Shown: piece after piece, positions 44,661 through 56,000 of the stretch
Layout: each line of letters starts with the position of its first letter
How positions within the stretch are numbered: position 1 is the stretch's first letter
NCBI GenBank assembly: GCA_002269645.1
Contig: NIVC01001413.1
Location: forward strand, 229,673 to 293,672
Direction of reading: 5' to 3'
Source of the DNA: Macrostomum lignano
Taxonomy: Eukaryota
Length of the DNA stretch: 64,000 nucleotides
Position numbers and translations under genes: made by a program
Notes under the pieces: generated by a model
What the model was told of the DNA's origin: nothing
What the model saw: the letters and a program-made list of their open reading frames with translations, nothing else
Database searches by the model: none

Positions 44661-45601
44661 ATGCTCGCGTCAATCGCATTTCGGTTTTCTGCTGGCAGCC
44701 GCCTCTGCGTGGCTTGCCGACTGTTGTCAACTTCGCCGTGCGAGTCTCAGATCCGAGGTCAAGTTTTAGACGAAGCCCTCGCTCGGGTGCCAGATCTCGG
44801 CTGGACTCGGAGCTGCGTGGAAGCCGGGGCTCGAACCCTGGACCTGCCAGAGACAATGGCGGATTTGGCGGCGCCGCGTGGCGGAGCGGATTTGGCCCTG
44901 TACTTTATTGACAGCTGCAATGATAAGCTGGAGGCGCAGCTCAAACTCAGATCAAGTGGCTTAAGCTCTGCGGGTGAAATTTCTTTAGAGCTGGTGGGGT
45001 GCGTTGGTTGCGTATTATACTTTATGCTCTTATATTTGCTCTCAGCCATTCACTCAGCCATTCACTCTCACAGCCATTCACTCTCACAGCCATTCACTCT
45101 CACAGCCATTCACTCTCACAGCCATTCACTCTCACAGCCATTCACTCTCACAGCCATTCACTCTCACAGCCATTCACTCTCCAATGCAGTTTCGCCTGTC
45201 GCGAGCGGCTCAGCATGATCCGACCGCTGCTACCCTACTGGCCAGCTGGCATCGCCACTCTCACCGGATCGCCCAGTCTGGCCCTGGAATCTGCGGCCAG
45301 ACTTCAAAGACTTGCCGACGACATCTGCCACTACGCCGGGGACAGATCCACCGACCTCGGGTGGTACGCTCGGCGACTGGCTGTTGGGGCGGTGTACGCA
45401 TCGACTGAAGCCTTCATGCTGCAGGATGTCAGCGAGGATCTGGTCAACACTTGGGCCTTTTTGGATCGGAGGATTAACAAGGATCTAGCCGCTATTAGGA
45501 CTGCACGGCAAGTGGCTGGCGGCGCCTTTGATGTGATGAGTGTGGGAGGTTTAACTGCTGCGTCTATATGTCCGTCCGTCCTGTCTGTCTTAATGTCTTA
45601 A
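44661..45601 (+). CDS. COQ9: Ubiquinone biosynthesis protein COQ9, mitochondrial, about 249 aa
   Basis: Exons 44661-44998 and 45190-45601 in phase. Arg/Ser-rich transit-like N-terminus; motifs LDEALARVPDLGW, LADDICHYAGDRSTDLGWYARR, VYASTEAFMLQD.SED..NTWAFLDRRI. The extreme C-terminus runs into a microsatellite and may instead be spliced. Confidence 0.9.
45044..45180. repeat. 16-bp repeat (CAGCCATTCACTCTCA) in the COQ9 intron
   Basis: About 8 copies ending a few bases before the acceptor. Confidence 0.95.
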
Positions 45602-45604
45602 TGT

Positions 45605-45609
45605 CTTAG

Positions 45610-45680
<71 letters not shown>

Positions 45681-45699
45681 GTGTCTGTCTGTCTATCTA

Positions 45700-45738
<39 letters not shown>

Positions 45739-45849
45739 TAATGTCTTAATGTCTTAGTGCCTTAATGTATTAATGCCTTAGTGCCTTCATGTCTTTGTGT
45801 CTGTCTGTCTATCTCTCTGTCTGTCTGTCTTAATTTCTTAATGTCTTAG

Positions 45850-45880
<31 letters not shown>

Positions 45881-45983
45881 GTCTGTCTGTCTATCTCTCT
45901 GTCTGTCTGTCTTAATTTCTTAATGTCTTAGTGTCTGTCTGTCTGTCTGTCTGTTTGTGTCTGTCTGTCTGTCTGTCTGTTTG

Positions 45984-46018
<35 letters not shown>

Positions 46019-46035
46019 GTCTGTCTGTCTGTCTA

Positions 46036-46110
<75 letters not shown>

Positions 46111-46135
46111 TTCTGTGTGTCTGTCTGTCTATCTA

Positions 46136-46178
<43 letters not shown>

Positions 46179-46289
46179 TAATGTCTTAATGTCTTAGTGC
46201 CTTAATGTATTAATGCCTTAGTGCCTTCATGTCTTTGTGTCTGTCTGTCTATCTCTCTGTCTGTCTGTCTTAATTTCTTAATGTCTTAG

Positions 46290-46320
<31 letters not shown>

Positions 46321-46370
46321 GTCTGTCTGTCTTCTCTCTGTCTGTCTGTCTTAATTTCTTAATGTCTTAG

Positions 46371-46401
<31 letters not shown>

Positions 46402-46452
46402 GTCTGTCTGTCTGTCTGTCTGTTTGTGTCTGTCTGTCTGTCTGTCTGTCTG

Positions 46453-46490
<38 letters not shown>

Positions 46491-46493
46491 GTG

Positions 46494-46550
<57 letters not shown>

Positions 46551-46745
46551 ATCTGTCTGTCTGTCTGTGTCTCTGTCTTAGTGTCTTAGTGTCTGTCTGT
46601 CTATCTGTTTGTCTGTCTGTCTGTCTATCTGTTTGTCTGTCTGTCTGTCTATCTGTCTGTCTGTCTGTGTCTCTGTCTTAGTGTCTTAGTGTCTGTCTAT
46701 CTATCTGTCTGTCTGTTTTAATGTATTAGTGTCTGCCTGTCTGTC
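45605..46745. repeat. (TGTC)n compound microsatellite with interspersed TTAATGTCTTAGTG motifs
   Basis: Seen directly. Confidence 0.97.
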
Positions 46746-47348
46746 TGCGTTATTACATATTCTATGCGTTTTCTTCCATTTGTCATCTGTGTGACGGTCA
46801 GCTCCTAGAGCTTGGCTTTATTATTTTAAAGTCGTCCCGATGCTGTTAGTCTAAGAGTGTCCACTGTCCAGCATTCACTGAGAGAAGCTGTCGACGAATT
46901 ATAAATAATTGCCAGCTATTATTTTTAATTGGTGCGTAGGTTGCAGGTGCTTATGTTTAAAAAAAACTGCATGCTTTTCAAAGAATCTTCAGCAGAGGAT
47001 GGCCAATCTGTAAATTATGAAGAAATTTCTTTAATTCGCAGTAGAAATATTTCGACCATTCGACATTCGCTGCAGGCGGAACTCAGTCAGAGTCAAAGCA
47101 AAATGATGATTTTCAGGTGCCTCAGAAACAGCTTTACGGTTAAAATGAAGTTGTTAGCTATGGATTTTCCTTAAAAATTGCTGCTGAGTAGATTGGGAAA
47201 ATATTTATTCAGCCGCTATTAACTCCGAAATTGGCCGTCCACTGTCTGTGAAATTTAATCTCATTGATGAAAATTGCGAAGCTCTGACAATAGACAGCTG
47301 CTTGCAATCTAAATGCACAGATTTAAAGCAAGGAATAAGTGGTACGGG

Positions 47349-47349
47349 C

Positions 47350-47385
<36 letters not shown>

Positions 47386-47505
47386 GGACACACAGACAGA
47401 CAGACAGATAGACAGACAGACAGACAGATAGACAGACAGACAGACGGACACACAGACAGACAGACAGATAGACAGACAGACAGACGGACAGACAGATAGA
47501 CAGAC

Positions 47506-47536
<31 letters not shown>

Positions 47537-47545
47537 TAGACAGAC

Positions 47546-47596
<51 letters not shown>

Positions 47597-47639
47597 TAGA
47601 CAGACAGATAGACAGACAGACAGACAGACAGACACAGAC

Positions 47640-47732
<93 letters not shown>

Positions 47733-47791
47733 TAGACAGACAGACAGACAGAAACTAAGACACTAAGACATTAGGACAGACAGACAGACAC

Positions 47792-47826
<35 letters not shown>

Positions 47827-47860
47827 CTAAGACACTAAGACATTAGGACAGACAGACAGA
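47349..47860. repeat. (GACA)n compound microsatellite with ACTAAGAC motifs
   Basis: Seen directly; opposite orientation to the 45.6-46.7 kb array. Confidence 0.97.
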
Positions 47861-48899
47861 CCTGGACAAACACAGCTTGTCCAGCATCAGGGACAAGGGC
47901 ATATTCAGTACATATTTCCTCTGAAAAGTGCGCAATCCAAAAGAGACGCATGTAACGTTGATTAGAGTTCGTTGTTTAACCCTTGTTGATTGTATCTTAA
48001 TTAACTGTTAATGGGACTGACTGCTGAGCCGCTTTAAAGGCACAATAGAAATATTTGCGCCTCACTGCATCCAATTATTGGATTAATTACTAGTCACGAT
48101 CGCTGCTTCGATCTTATGCAGTAGAATCTGCGTGAATATGATAATAAAGATAAAAAGCTCCGCCTGCTGCTATAACTTGAATAGGGCACAGACTTCAATG
48201 AGCGCTTGCTGGCGTAAATATGCTTAAACACAAACATGCACAAGCGTAAAAACTCACTCATATCACTTGCCAGTATTTGTCAATTTATTAATTAGTACAC
48301 AGTAAGTTAGGGTACGCACAGTCTAGTGGTTGGATCATTGTACTCGTATAAGCGTCGTTTCAGAGTCACAGACTATAAATCGGAAAAAACGTCTTAAATT
48401 GATTCTTATGCGACTCTTGACAGCTTTTTGGTAACTTGTATCGTGACCTCGTTTATAAGTCGTCTAGAGTCACTTCCTTCCTATTTTTACTTGTGATACC
48501 TGCAACGACTCTGGCCTTGGGTACCGTTTTCATCGGGAATCCAATCTCGTACAACTCAGCCAGCTTGTCAGAACTACGCAGCACCCTTGCAGTGTACGCT
48601 CTTGTCTCCCTTCTTAGTAAAATCAGCGCTTTGTACAAGGCGCTTATGCTGACAGAGACAGGCGTCTTGTCTCTATTCTAAAACAAGATCTCCTCATGAG
48701 CAATGTAATAATGAGATTCAACCGCTATTTCCACTCGAGTTGAGTCTTTGTGACTACACGCAGCTACTCCTATCATTGGCAGCCTTTTGTTCCAGTCGAA
48801 TGGAAACGCGTAGGTGGGTGGATGGTTTGCTAATCCGCGCTTCATCTTCAACTGCATTTGAGATTTAAAAAGCCACCCACACGCATGGCATCAGAAGCG

Positions 48900-48975
48900 C
48901 TGATTGGATTCAGAAAATCCGTTATAGGTAGGGGCGGATGGGGATGCTGAGCCGTCAGAAATTGTCTATAAATGC
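48900..48975 (+). promoter_or_regulatory. Core promoter of the neuropeptide gene
   Basis: TATAAAT at 48967-48973, about 90 bp before the ATG; upstream ATTGG (reverse CCAAT) and GGGGCGG motifs. Confidence 0.6.
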
Positions 48976-49059
48976 GAGCGCTATTCGACGGGGAAATTTC
49001 TGCACACACCTCGCTGGCAAGACTAACGATTAGCAAGCTTAAAAAGCTACCAAGGAATT

Positions 49060-49410
49060 ATGAACTCCAAACTGATCATTGCTCTGGCCTCCGCCGTCCT
49101 GCTGTCCATTGTGTCCACTGATCTCGCCGCTCCGACTGCTGTTGGGTCGGGCAAGTCGTCCAGCGGTGTTGAGGATTACCTTGACTTCCTTTACCACTAC
49201 ATGCACTCGGTCAATCGGCCCAGGTTTGGCAAGCGTTCCGTACCGAACTCGGCCATGATTGGTTTCAACTCGCTGCCCCAGATTCGCTACTTCTGGTACG
49301 TTGTGTCCCGTCGTCCGTCGCGCACGATCACTGAGGCCGAGGCTAACTGGTACCTGGCCCAGGTCACCCGCTACATGCAGCTGGTGGTTAACAGGCCGCG
49401 ATACGGCTAA
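49060..49410 (+). CDS. Neuropeptide Y/F-family precursor, 116 aa, intronless, two peptide units
   Basis: Signal peptide MNSKLIIALASAVLLSIVSTDLA. Unit 1 ends YLDFLYHYMHSVNRPRF-GKR (Tyr at -10 and -17, as in NPF/NPY). Unit 2 ends YLAQVTRYMQLVVNRPRY-G-stop. Confidence 0.9.
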   Translation: MNSKLIIALASAVLLSIVSTDLAAPTAVGSGKSSSGVEDYLDFLYHYMHSVNRPRFGKRSVPNSAMIGFNSLPQIRYFWYVVSRRPSRTITEAEANWYLAQVTRYMQLVVNRPRYG

Positions 49411-49432
49411 GCGGGTTCAAAGAGAGTCGTTT

Positions 49433-49721
49433 AATAAAGCTAGTCTGGCGGTTCTGGCTGAACAGTCTACTAACTGAACTAAATAAGCTGTTGTGTGCTT
49501 GTGTGTGTGTGAGAACTGAACTCTCTTGTGCTTTTTTTCGAGTTCCCCACTGGTTAATATTTGTAGCTCAGCTGTCTTTACCTCTGACTGGACTGAATTG
49601 CAGGCTGCCAACATGCTGGGCTTGGCTCGGCGCTAGTCATCTGGCGCACACTGATGGATCAGCAAACAGCTCTTATTCGAAACCGAACATCAATGCGATT
49701 AACAACTATGTCTGAAATAAA
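49433..49721 (+). terminator. Candidate polyadenylation signals of the neuropeptide gene
   Basis: AATAAA at 49433-49438 and 49716-49721. Confidence 0.5.
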
Positions 49722-50324
49722 ACATTTCTCTTTCGTCCTAATTGTCTTTTTCCCCGCGTTTTTAAATTTCGCTGCGTTTGACCAAAGCCGGAAATTTTAA
49801 AATCAATTAAATAAAAAGGCAACATTTTTTGTGTTCAAGCATTCATTAAAAACTGCTTCTCTATTTGATGTTTCTATTTATTTCTCCCAAAAGTCAAGAC
49901 TTTAAGTGTTCTGAGTAAAAAAATATCCGTAAAGTTAAAATAAAAATTGATCAGAAATACATCTTGGGGGTGGTCGCAACTTTCAAAAAGGTATTGATTT
50001 CTACCTCAGCTGGTCAGGGCACAAGTTAAGCAAATTTGGTGGCGGTTAGTACGCACAGCTACATGTAAATAAGCTGAGCTAGGTTATAATAAGGCTCCCG
50101 ACGTTTGCGAAGATCTGAGGTGTCGCCGCGGGCTTGTCTGAGGCTGAATTTTGCGTGGAGGGCAGTCCTGCAGTCCGAAGCCCAACCTGACCTCCAGAGG
50201 TCGGAGAAGAGGTCACCAGCGCGACACTGCATCACCGCTCCCACCTGGTTCACCCAAGCGACCTGTTGCGCCGTCGCGTGGCGACTCCAGCTGACGGGCC
50301 ATATCATCCGCGCCGAGTCGCTTA

Positions 50325-50570
50325 AAGGGGCGTCGCCACCGGGGGGACATGCCCCCCAGTACAAGCTATGGAGGGACATGCCAATGCTTTGTCCCCCACC
50401 CCATCTTGTGACCCGTTTTGGAAATCAATAATTTTGCTTCAGGACGACAAAAATGAGCGCTGATAACACCGATTCTGAGAGTAATGTACATGCAGGATTT
50501 TAGTCATACACGTGTAAAATTCTTGGCTTTGTCCCTCCACCATAAATTCCATATCATGGCGACGCCGCTG
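50325..50570. mobile_element. hAT-like MITE, 246 bp
   Basis: TIRs AAGGGGCGTCGCCA / TGGCGACGCCGCTG (12/14 complementary); 8-bp TSD GTCGCTTA at 50317-50324 and 50571-50578. Confidence 0.8.
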
Positions 50571-51376
50571 GTCGCTTAAAGTCGATTTTCGACAGTGAAA
50601 ATCTTTTTAATTGTTGTTCTGGTCTTTGCCACGGAATTCTTAGCGTGATCTTTTGTCCAGCTACTTTATTCAGGGTTTAATTTAAAAAAAAACTAAGGAA
50701 AGAGATAAGCAAATTATTTGAAGGAATTAAATTCCAATCTTCTCGATTGTGTGATTGGCGGGATTTTGGGATTAAAGTGTTTTGCAACCTTGGTTTATTA
50801 AAATATCGTCAAGTCTGGGATAAAACCCGGACATATCATAGGAAATCAAAGAGCGGCGAGACCACGAGGTCAATCCGTCTGCAGCCACCGTGTGCAGCAA
50901 AGCAAAGCCTAAACTAATTGGGCTAAAATTAAAATAAAATACAGAAAGCCTGCTGTGACAGGAAACAGCTAGCTAGCCACTTTTGCAGACCTTATGCAAT
51001 TTGAATTCCTCAAGATGCTTTCATGTTTTAATCAAATTTTCTGCTAATAATTCTCAGATCTGAAAGTGTCCCTCGATCATCATGAGTTCTAAAAATAAAG
51101 TTTAGACTGAAATCAGGGCTTCAGTATAAAGTAACTCGGTTTTTTACCTATATGGTATATGGTTCAACACTGCAGAAATATCTGCTAAACTTCGTTTACT
51201 AAACACAACTGTGTTTTGAGGCTTTTCTCGACTAGCCACTGCCTGAACACCAATTTTCTCTATTTGTAATTTTGCTAGTCCAGAAAATATGGTTATTGTA
51301 AGTTTAGTAGTAATAAAAAACTCTAAATATTCTTATCTAAACTATACGGAGCTTCTTCCACAGTGTAGCTTTGAGA

Positions 51377-51640
51377 CTAAATTGGAATCTCGGCTTGGCT
51401 CTGCTCGCGCAATTAACGGCCAGATTGAAGGCCAACCCCCAAGGCACGGGGAAGTAATGAATAAAGTTAGAACCGCTGTACGCTCCTAAGTGAGGGTGTG
51501 CCAGTGCGTATGACTGCGTACGTATCCGCGCGCTTGTGTGCCTGCTCAGGGGAGTCGGTGGAATGGGCAGCCTCTAGCCGGTTGTGTGACAAAGTCGCTT
51601 AAAGTGCGCTGCAGGGTTTCACGCAGAGTCCTGTCTCTAA
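51377..51640 (+). repeat. Dispersed repeat of about 270 bp, copy 2
   Basis: Aligns with 44266-44542. Confidence 0.9.
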
Positions 51641-53055
51641 TTAAAATTTCACTAATGCATTTTGCAGCACAAGGCATCTGTTTCCCTTGGTCTGTCACGA
51701 GATCCGTTTGTCTTCGTGACCGCTATATTTTTAGTGATCTGCCGGTACACTCTCGCGCAGATGTACATGTATGGCAAGTGCGTGTTTCTGTTGTTTTTCA
51801 CATTGTTTAGTCGAGACTAAAAAGTCTTTAAAAAAGTGCACTTCTCCACGCCAAATATGGTGAACTCGGTGATGAAAATTTCCTGACAGTTGAATTATTG
51901 AATTTGGCCCAAGGCCGGCCGACTTATAGCTAAGTCGTTAAGTCGTTATATTCCATGCGACTTAGGATTAAGACATAGGATATTGGTTTGAAATAGCGAT
52001 TTTTAAGCCTTCAGCTTGTTAAATTATAATTTGTCTGTTTTGCTTGTTTTGTGCGCTTTTTATCAGTTAGTTATCCTCTATTCAAGCACTACCTACGTCC
52101 AAAGGCTCCAAAAGCCTAGTAGGTTTCTCTGTTCTCTATAAAGGATTTGCCTCTAACTGTTGGTCTAGTATGGGCGTTCCTTGTGTTTCCTTTTTTGTAC
52201 AGACGCTTATTTTTCGTGTTCAGTTTTAGTGCGTCATCCAACCTACGCTATTGACGGAGTGCTTTGTTCGCTTCTGCATTCTAGCGTGTCTATTCAATCT
52301 TTTTACCTAAAAATCTGCGGTTCGAATATATCTGTCTGATTCATTAGATACTGCAAATTTTGCAGAATTGCTTAGTGTTAATACTAAGCATGATTTAATA
52401 AAATTGATAGATTGATAGATTATAATCAGTTTTCACTGCGAATTTTCCTCAAACAATACAAAGTTATAGAATTCAAACACAAAATGAATTAAACACACTT
52501 CTTTAAAATGAGAGTAACTACTTGCAGATTTTATGTATGCAATTTCCATCTTATATTTGAATGCAAGCGCGCGAACATTCAAACCGGGAGTCAGATTTGT
52601 TTAAATAATTCATATTTGGTGAAATTATGACGCCGAAAATTTATCCATTGTAGCAAAGTATTAACAGACGCTAAAAAATGTAAGAAAATGTGGCCAACTA
52701 TTCAAACAGTCGCTGAGTACATTTGATTTTATTTATAATCACGCCTCAATTCCAGCAAACTAATATTTTTACAAACTTGAGCTTTATAACCATAATCTAT
52801 TGCTACAGTCTTGTTTTATGAAACTATTGATTATTTCATATTTTCAGGCGGTGAATCTAAAGAGAGTATAAGTTTACGTTAAAGGTGAGATGTTCTACTG
52901 AATAAAATAAAACGAAATCCTTTCTACCCGGTGAATTTCTTAGCGCAAAATTGAAGTAGTTGAAATAAGATGTAGTATTTCAATTTAAAGCGTTTAGACA
53001 GGCATTCTGGGGGCGGTTCGGCAGATTGTTGTGGTTCAGCTTGTCGCGCATTTTG

Positions 53056-56000
53056 TCAGTTGGCTTCGCATTCAACAATCTTGCACTTGGCGGCGGTCGT
53101 AGCGCTGTTGCAGCTGCACTGCCGGCATCTGGGCTGCCTCAGGTGACTGGCGATCTCGTTGGTTACCAGCGACTTCGCCAACTGGTTGTCGCCAGAGGAG
53201 CCGCTCTCGTAGAATTTGTCGAGTCGCCACACGCTGCCCTTGGCTGAAATGAAACGGTGATAGATTTTCTAAAGATACAGTAGGTTTTATTCTTTCGAAT
53301 GAATACTTCGAATGGCCTACTGACTTATCTTGGTAAGTAGTATTCTGTCATAGTTAGACAAAAAATTAATATACTCATAATTTCTTACCTTTGTTGTCAG
53401 CATCCAAGGCTAGTTCGGTCGTGCACTCTGGTTCGAATTGTCGATCAGCTCGATCGGTCATCTGGACAGCTCGGTCGCCGGTCTTGTAGTACTTCGCTTC
53501 GCCATAGCCGATCACATCGTCATCCTCAGCAGCATCCTTGATGGCCGTCTTGCTGATGGTGTGCACAAAGATCTGGTCCTTGACGCTGCGCTGGGCCTTG
53601 GCAAAGACTGAGTTGTAGCTCCAGGCTAGGCCGGTGCATCTGTAAATCGAAAGTTAAGGGAAAAGTTTCCCAGTTGCGAGTACATGCACCTTCCTCTTAA
53701 ACTGAGAGGTCTAGTCTATTGTCCATTTAGAGTCGCACAGTGTGACTTGTGACTTACGGTGTGCAGGTGAGGACAAACAGGTGCTTCTGCGCGAGTCGTT
53801 CCCACTCGTATTGCTCCGGCAAGTCGGCAACCGCCTGCAGAGCGTTGATCGGTGAGGCTGAAGAAGTCCTCGACAGGCGAAGGTTGTCCAGAGCGGCCTC
53901 CAATTCAGAGTAGGATCCAAAAAGGTGCTCGTCGCTCACTGGCAGAGCGTACAGAGCGTCGCTGTACTTGGCGATACCGAATTTAACCGACTTCAGATTT
54001 CCGTCCGTTGATTTTAGCTGATCTGAAATTGTTTGATTTATATAATTTATACATGTGGCAAATTTTTAAAGCTATAAGTTTACTTGCTAAAATGCCAAGT
54101 AAAATCGGTGCTCACCGATCTTCTGAGCCAGCTCCTTGATTCTTTCGGCTGGAACGGCAGCTTCAGCACCGCAGGCGTTATCCTCAACCAGGAACACAAC
54201 CTGCATTCGCTCCTTTAGAGAGGCCTTATCCGACACTTTGCCGCCCTTGACGATGGGTCCCTCGCTGTCAACCTGGCAGGCGACGCACTTGCTTGGCACT
54301 CGGACGCTGATGCCCTCGGCCTTGCAACGAGCCGCGTACTGGCGAGTGGCAGCGCACGCGTCACTATCCTGGCGCTCCTGCCGACGGCAAATAGTCCAGT
54401 AGGGTCGGGGATCGACGGTCTCAAAGCAGTCCAACATTGGCGACTGCCTGCTGCCGAACCAGTTGTAGCAGTCACCGCTGCTGTCACGGTCTCCAGTCTG
54501 CTCTTCGGTGATCTCTGCGGCTGAGTCGCTGACAGCTTCGACCTCGCACTGGCCGGCTGTCCAGAAGTTCATGTGCCGGCTGGCCCGGCCCTCGCGGATG
54601 TCGTTCACCCTGCGGCCATCGTTGCTGCCAGCCAGGCCGAGAACGCGACCCTGATAGAGCGGATGGACGCTGATCAGACAGGAGTCGGCGGCGCGGCTGC
54701 AGCGAACCACCAACGTATTGGGCAGCTTGCCATGGAATCGGACGGTGACGAGGTCTCCTTCGCGCCTGGCGTCAACAGACTTGTCATCGGAGGACTTCTT
54801 CTCCAGCGGCAGGCTCTCAGTTTTGTCATTCAGTTTCACCGTTCCATTGCGTTCAATGCTCAAGCTGAACATCCCGAAACGAATCCGGAGGCTTCCGCGA
54901 ACCTGACGCTCTGGTTGAGCAGAGTCCCTGCGGTACTCTTGCACGATAGAGAAGGCGCTGCACTCGAAGTCGCGGGCAATCAGATAGGAGCACGGTCGCT
55001 TGTGACTGAGTGCGACACCGTCAAAGGTGATCAGATGGTTATCACCAGACAGGATGGCGGTGCGGTGGCGGATTGCAAGCAGCCGGAAAGCCGGATTCCA
55101 GTCGCCAAGAGCCAGCTTAATTAGGGCGGCCATCTTGTCGGACGCTTTGGGCAGACCGCGACGCGTCAGTTTATTAAGAACGCGTCTCAATACAATCTGG
55201 GGTGCACTGTACGATGACCAGCGTGGCAGTTTGCTGTAAATAATTTCGCCCTCCACAGCAGCGTAGGGAGTCTCGCTTCTTAGGCATGCATCAATGCACT
55301 CGGGGCGCCAAACAGTGTATCTGATCTCGTCTTTAAGACGCAACATGCCTTGGCGGATGTCACCATTGAGGATCAGTTGAATGGTCTCAGCCAGGTAACG
55401 CCACTTACTGAGGCTCTCTTCCGAGAAAACGTAGCTCAGCAGCTCGCTAGTCTCGCTAAGGGCTTCACGTTCGACGGGTGTGGCTCCAGTATCGTACCAG
55501 ACGCGCAGCTCGAGCATCAGATTATTGCACAGGTTCCTGATGATCTGAATGTCAGCAATGTGGTTCATTCCGAGAGGCAGCAGGTCGTCAACGGCCAGAG
55601 GCTTGGCCCCAGCAACAGTTGCGGCGAGCATTGTACGCATCGGGGCCCAGATCTTTGCTACGGCGTTTTTGATGGCGTTTGCCCATGGAGCCATGCTATT
55701 CAGGTACTCCTCTGCTTGTTCGGAGCTCCATGTGCCTTGGATGTCGGTCAGGTCAGAAAGCCAGCTCTTAAGGATGTCGATTATCTCAATCGCCTTATCG
55801 CTACAGCTTTTAATGATGTCCTTCACCTGGTCCAGGACAGCTACTAGTCTGTCAATGAAATCCTGGATTGAGATTTTGTTGCACAAGTTGGCGGCAAAAT
55901 CCAGCGCCTGCTGAACGCACTGGGCAATCCACTGAGGAATTTTCGACTGGTCGAGAGCCTCCATCCATCCGCTCAGCACCTCTGACGCTACTGAAAGCCA

